Shown here piece by piece: positions 50,639 through 52,967 of a stretch of 52,967 nt of DNA (position 1 is its first letter; the number at the start of each line of letters is the position of its first letter). The DNA comes from Comamonadaceae bacterium (lineage in GTDB: Bacteria > Pseudomonadota > Gammaproteobacteria > Burkholderiales > Burkholderiaceae_C). Location of the stretch: assembly GCA_037132975.1 (NCBI GenBank), contig JBAXOZ010000001.1, forward strand, positions 1-52,967, given 5' to 3'. Position numbers and translations under genes: made by a program. Under the pieces are notes generated by a model. That model worked only from the letters and a program-made list of their open reading frames with translations. It did no database searches and was not told the DNA's origin.

Positions 50639-51549
50639 AGTTTTCCGTCTTCCAGGTCAGCCGCAAGGGTGGGCGGGAAGTCAATGAAGATCGAATGGGC
50701 TATTGCTATACCCGTTCTGCGGGGATTTTTTTTCTGACTGACGGCATGGGTGGGCACCCGCAGGGTGAAGTGGCGGCGCAATTGGCCTTGCAGGTCATGG
50801 CGGCGCTGTTTCAAAAGGAGGCGAAACCCGCACTGTCAGACGTGGCTCTGTTCCTGACGTCGGCCGTGACAGCGGCGCATCGCCAGATTGTGCGTTACGC
50901 GATTGAGCGAAACATGCTTGATGCGCCCCGCACCACGGTCGTTGCGGCTGTTATTCAGGATGGCATGGTGACCTGGATTCATTGTGGCGACTCCAGGTTG
51001 TATCTGGTGCGCCAGGGTGAATTGCTGACGCGCACGCGGGATCATTCCTTTGCCGAGCATCGTCAGCTTGGTGCTGGCAAACTGAATTTGCCAGAGCGCA
51101 ATAACCGTCATCTGCTGTTTACCTGCTTGGGCTCGCCCTCGCGGCCCATGTATGAAGTCAGTGGCCCGGTAGCACTGCAGCAGGGTGACCGGCTGCTGCT
51201 CTGCTCCGACGGCCTGTGGACCGGACTCAGCGACATAGACATCACCTACCACTTGAGTCACAAGCCAGTCAACCAGGCGGTGCCGGACCTGGTTGAAAGT
51301 GCGTTGTGCCGGGCCGGCGGCAGTAGCGACAATGTCACCGCATTGGCGCTGGAATGGGAAACGCCGGACAATTTCCTCGCTACCCGGACCAGCATTTCAA
51401 CCGACACCATGAGTGACGCCGTCTTCGCTTCCACCGTGCAGGGAGGCTGGAGCCATCCCATGCAAGACGAGCTTGACGATGCGGCCATCGACCGCTCCAT
51501 CGCGGAAATCAACGCGGCCATTCGCCGTTCTGCTGCACGCCAAGCCTGA
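50635..51549 (+). CDS. PP2C/PPM family Ser/Thr phosphatase
   Basis: NED, DGMGGH, GDSR, CSDG, DNVT; ATGA overlap with the kinase. Confidence 0.93.
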   Translation: MKFSVFQVSRKGGREVNEDRMGYCYTRSAGIFFLTDGMGGHPQGEVAAQLALQVMAALFQKEAKPALSDVALFLTSAVTAAHRQIVRYAIERNMLDAPRTTVVAAVIQDGMVTWIHCGDSRLYLVRQGELLTRTRDHSFAEHRQLGAGKLNLPERNNRHLLFTCLGSPSRPMYEVSGPVALQQGDRLLLCSDGLWTGLSDIDITYHLSHKPVNQAVPDLVESALCRAGGSSDNVTALALEWETPDNFLATRTSISTDTMSDAVFASTVQGGWSHPMQDELDDAAIDRSIAEINAAIRRSAARQA

Positions 51550-51560
51550 GGAAACCCATC

Positions 51561-52289
51561 ATGAATGAATTCGCCAGAAGCCTGGGCCGCGGCGCAGACC
51601 AATTGCGCCCGGTGCGCATCACACGTGGCTACACGATTCACGCCGAAGGCTCGGTCCTGATCGAGTTTGGCGCCACCAAAGTGTTGTGCACGGCGTCGGT
51701 GGAAGAAAAAGTACCGGGTCACAAGAAGGGCAGCGGCGAGGGCTGGGTCACGGCCGAGTACGGCATGCTGCCACGCTCCACCCACACGCGCAGCGAGCGC
51801 GAGGCGGCGCGTGGCAAGCAAAGCGGACGTACCCAGGAAATCCAGCGTCTGATTGGCCGCTCGATGCGCTGCGTGTTTGATCTTCGCCTGCTCGGTGAGC
51901 GCACGATTCACCTGGACTGCGATGTGCTGCAGGCCGACGGCGGCACCCGTACGGCGGCCATCACCGGTGCCTTCGTTGCAGCGCAGGACGCAGTGAGCAA
52001 GTTGATGGCACAGGGGAAACTCAGTGTCAGTCCGATCCGCGACCAGGTGGCGGCGATTTCGGTCGGCATGGTGCAGGGTACAGCGCTGCTGGATCTGGAA
52101 TACACCGAAGACTCGGCTTGTGATACCGACATGAACGTGGTGATGACCGGATCCGGTCATTTTGTTGAAGTGCAGGGAACGGCCGAAGGCGCGGCGTTCT
52201 CGCGTCAGCAGATGGACGCCTTGCTGGCACTTGCTGCCAAGGGCATCGGCGAGCTGATTGTGCTGCAGAAGCAGTCCGTGAGCGTATGA
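51561..52289 (+). CDS. rph: ribonuclease PH
   Basis: [41 protein letters not shown]. Confidence 0.97.
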   Translation: MNEFARSLGRGADQLRPVRITRGYTIHAEGSVLIEFGATKVLCTASVEEKVPGHKKGSGEGWVTAEYGMLPRSTHTRSEREAARGKQSGRTQEIQRLIGRSMRCVFDLRLLGERTIHLDCDVLQADGGTRTAAITGAFVAAQDAVSKLMAQGKLSVSPIRDQVAAISVGMVQGTALLDLEYTEDSACDTDMNVVMTGSGHFVEVQGTAEGAAFSRQQMDALLALAAKGIGELIVLQKQSVSV

Positions 52290-52900
52290 AGATTGTGCTG
52301 GCCTCCAATAACCCGGGCAAGCTGGCCGAACTGCGCGCCATGCTCGCGCCACTGGGGCTGGAGTTGATTGCGCAGGGCGAGCTCGGTATCAGCGAAGCAG
52401 CCGAGCCCTTCCATACCTTTGTTGAAAATGCACTGGCCAAGGCCCGCCATGCGGCGACGCACAGCGGTCTGCCGGCGCTGGCAGACGATGCGGGTTTGTG
52501 TGTGGATGCCTTTGGCGGTCTGCCCGGTGTCGATACGGCTTACTACGCGACGCAGTTCGGCTATGCGAAGGGCGATGACAACAATGTGCGTGCCCTGCTG
52601 GAGCAGATGCGCGAGCAAACCAATCGCCGTGCGGCGCTGGTCAGCACGCTGGTAGCCGTGCGCTCGGCGCAGGATCCGGAGCCGCTGATTGCCGTGGGCC
52701 GGGTCAGCGGCGAGATCAGCCGGGAGCCGCTGGGCAGCCATGGATTCGGCTTTGATCCGGTGATGTACATCCCGCAGTTTGGCCAGACTTTTGCCCAGTT
52801 GCCGGTGGAGGTGAAGAACGCCAACAGCCACCGGGGTCGGGCAGCACGGGCCATGGTGGCGCTGATGCGCGAACGCTGGTTGAACGAAATTGGAATCTGA
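52286..52900 (+). CDS. rdgB: RdgB/HAM1 non-canonical purine NTP pyrophosphatase
   Basis: [33 protein letters not shown]. Confidence 0.96.
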   Translation: MKIVLASNNPGKLAELRAMLAPLGLELIAQGELGISEAAEPFHTFVENALAKARHAATHSGLPALADDAGLCVDAFGGLPGVDTAYYATQFGYAKGDDNNVRALLEQMREQTNRRAALVSTLVAVRSAQDPEPLIAVGRVSGEISREPLGSHGFGFDPVMYIPQFGQTFAQLPVEVKNANSHRGRAARAMVALMRERWLNEIGI

Positions 52901-52935
52901 CCCCCATTTACTAAATTGGAATCTGACCCCCATTT
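52887..52935 (+). repeat. two identical 23-bp direct repeats (aaattggaatctgacccccattt), period 26
   Basis: Copies at 52887-52909 and 52913-52935. Confidence 0.9.
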
Positions 52936-52967
52936 GCTCCATTACCTGCGGCCCGGGACCTTGCAGC
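52916..52967 (+). CDS. hemW: probable 5' end of radical SAM heme chaperone HemW (truncated by the window edge)
   Basis: Open frame (TTG)ESDPHLLHYLRPGTLQ; rdgB-hemW is a common gene order; only ~17 codons are visible. Confidence 0.5.
   Translation, partial: MESDPHLLHYLRPGTLQ

Noticed and set aside
52898-52915. Programmed TGA readthrough or selenocysteine fusing RdgB to HemW
   Set aside because: The in-frame arrangement is explained by the 26-bp duplication, and no SECIS-like hairpin is evident.
52887-52935. CRISPR array
   Set aside because: Only two repeats with a 3-nt spacer, and no cas genes in the window.

Overview
GC-rich betaproteobacterial chromosome segment; gene order and protein sequences suggest Comamonadaceae (Rhodoferax/Polaromonas-like), by inference. 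It is mostly core genes: mnmA, pntAB, fadD, corA, hpf-ptsN-hprK, fur/bamE-dapB-exbBD-leuS-lptE-holA-proA, gshA-kup-gshB, uvrD, thrB, polA, tRNA-Arg(ACG), greB, spoT-rpoZ-gmk-yicC, and a Ser/Thr kinase-PP2C-rph-rdgB-(hemW) operon. Likely accessory modules are tcuAB with an atypical SDR and a Bug/TctC receptor, a DHAP-shunt-type mtnP-ald2-mtnA cluster, and a lone BRO-N gene behind the tRNA. The most unusual signals are non-coding: (1) at least four families of palindromic REP-like elements, one inserted in frame in polA and others supplying an RBS, a stop codon or a candidate start codon; (2) a TTG-initiated 7-codon leader ORF with mutually exclusive hairpins upstream of corA; (3) several genes with a -10 hexamer exactly 6 nt before the start codon (leaderless candidates); (4) a sensor-less kinase/phosphatase pair between yicC and rph. 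No CRISPR array, integrase or transposase was found. All calls come from reading motifs by eye; no database searches or folding computations were run.
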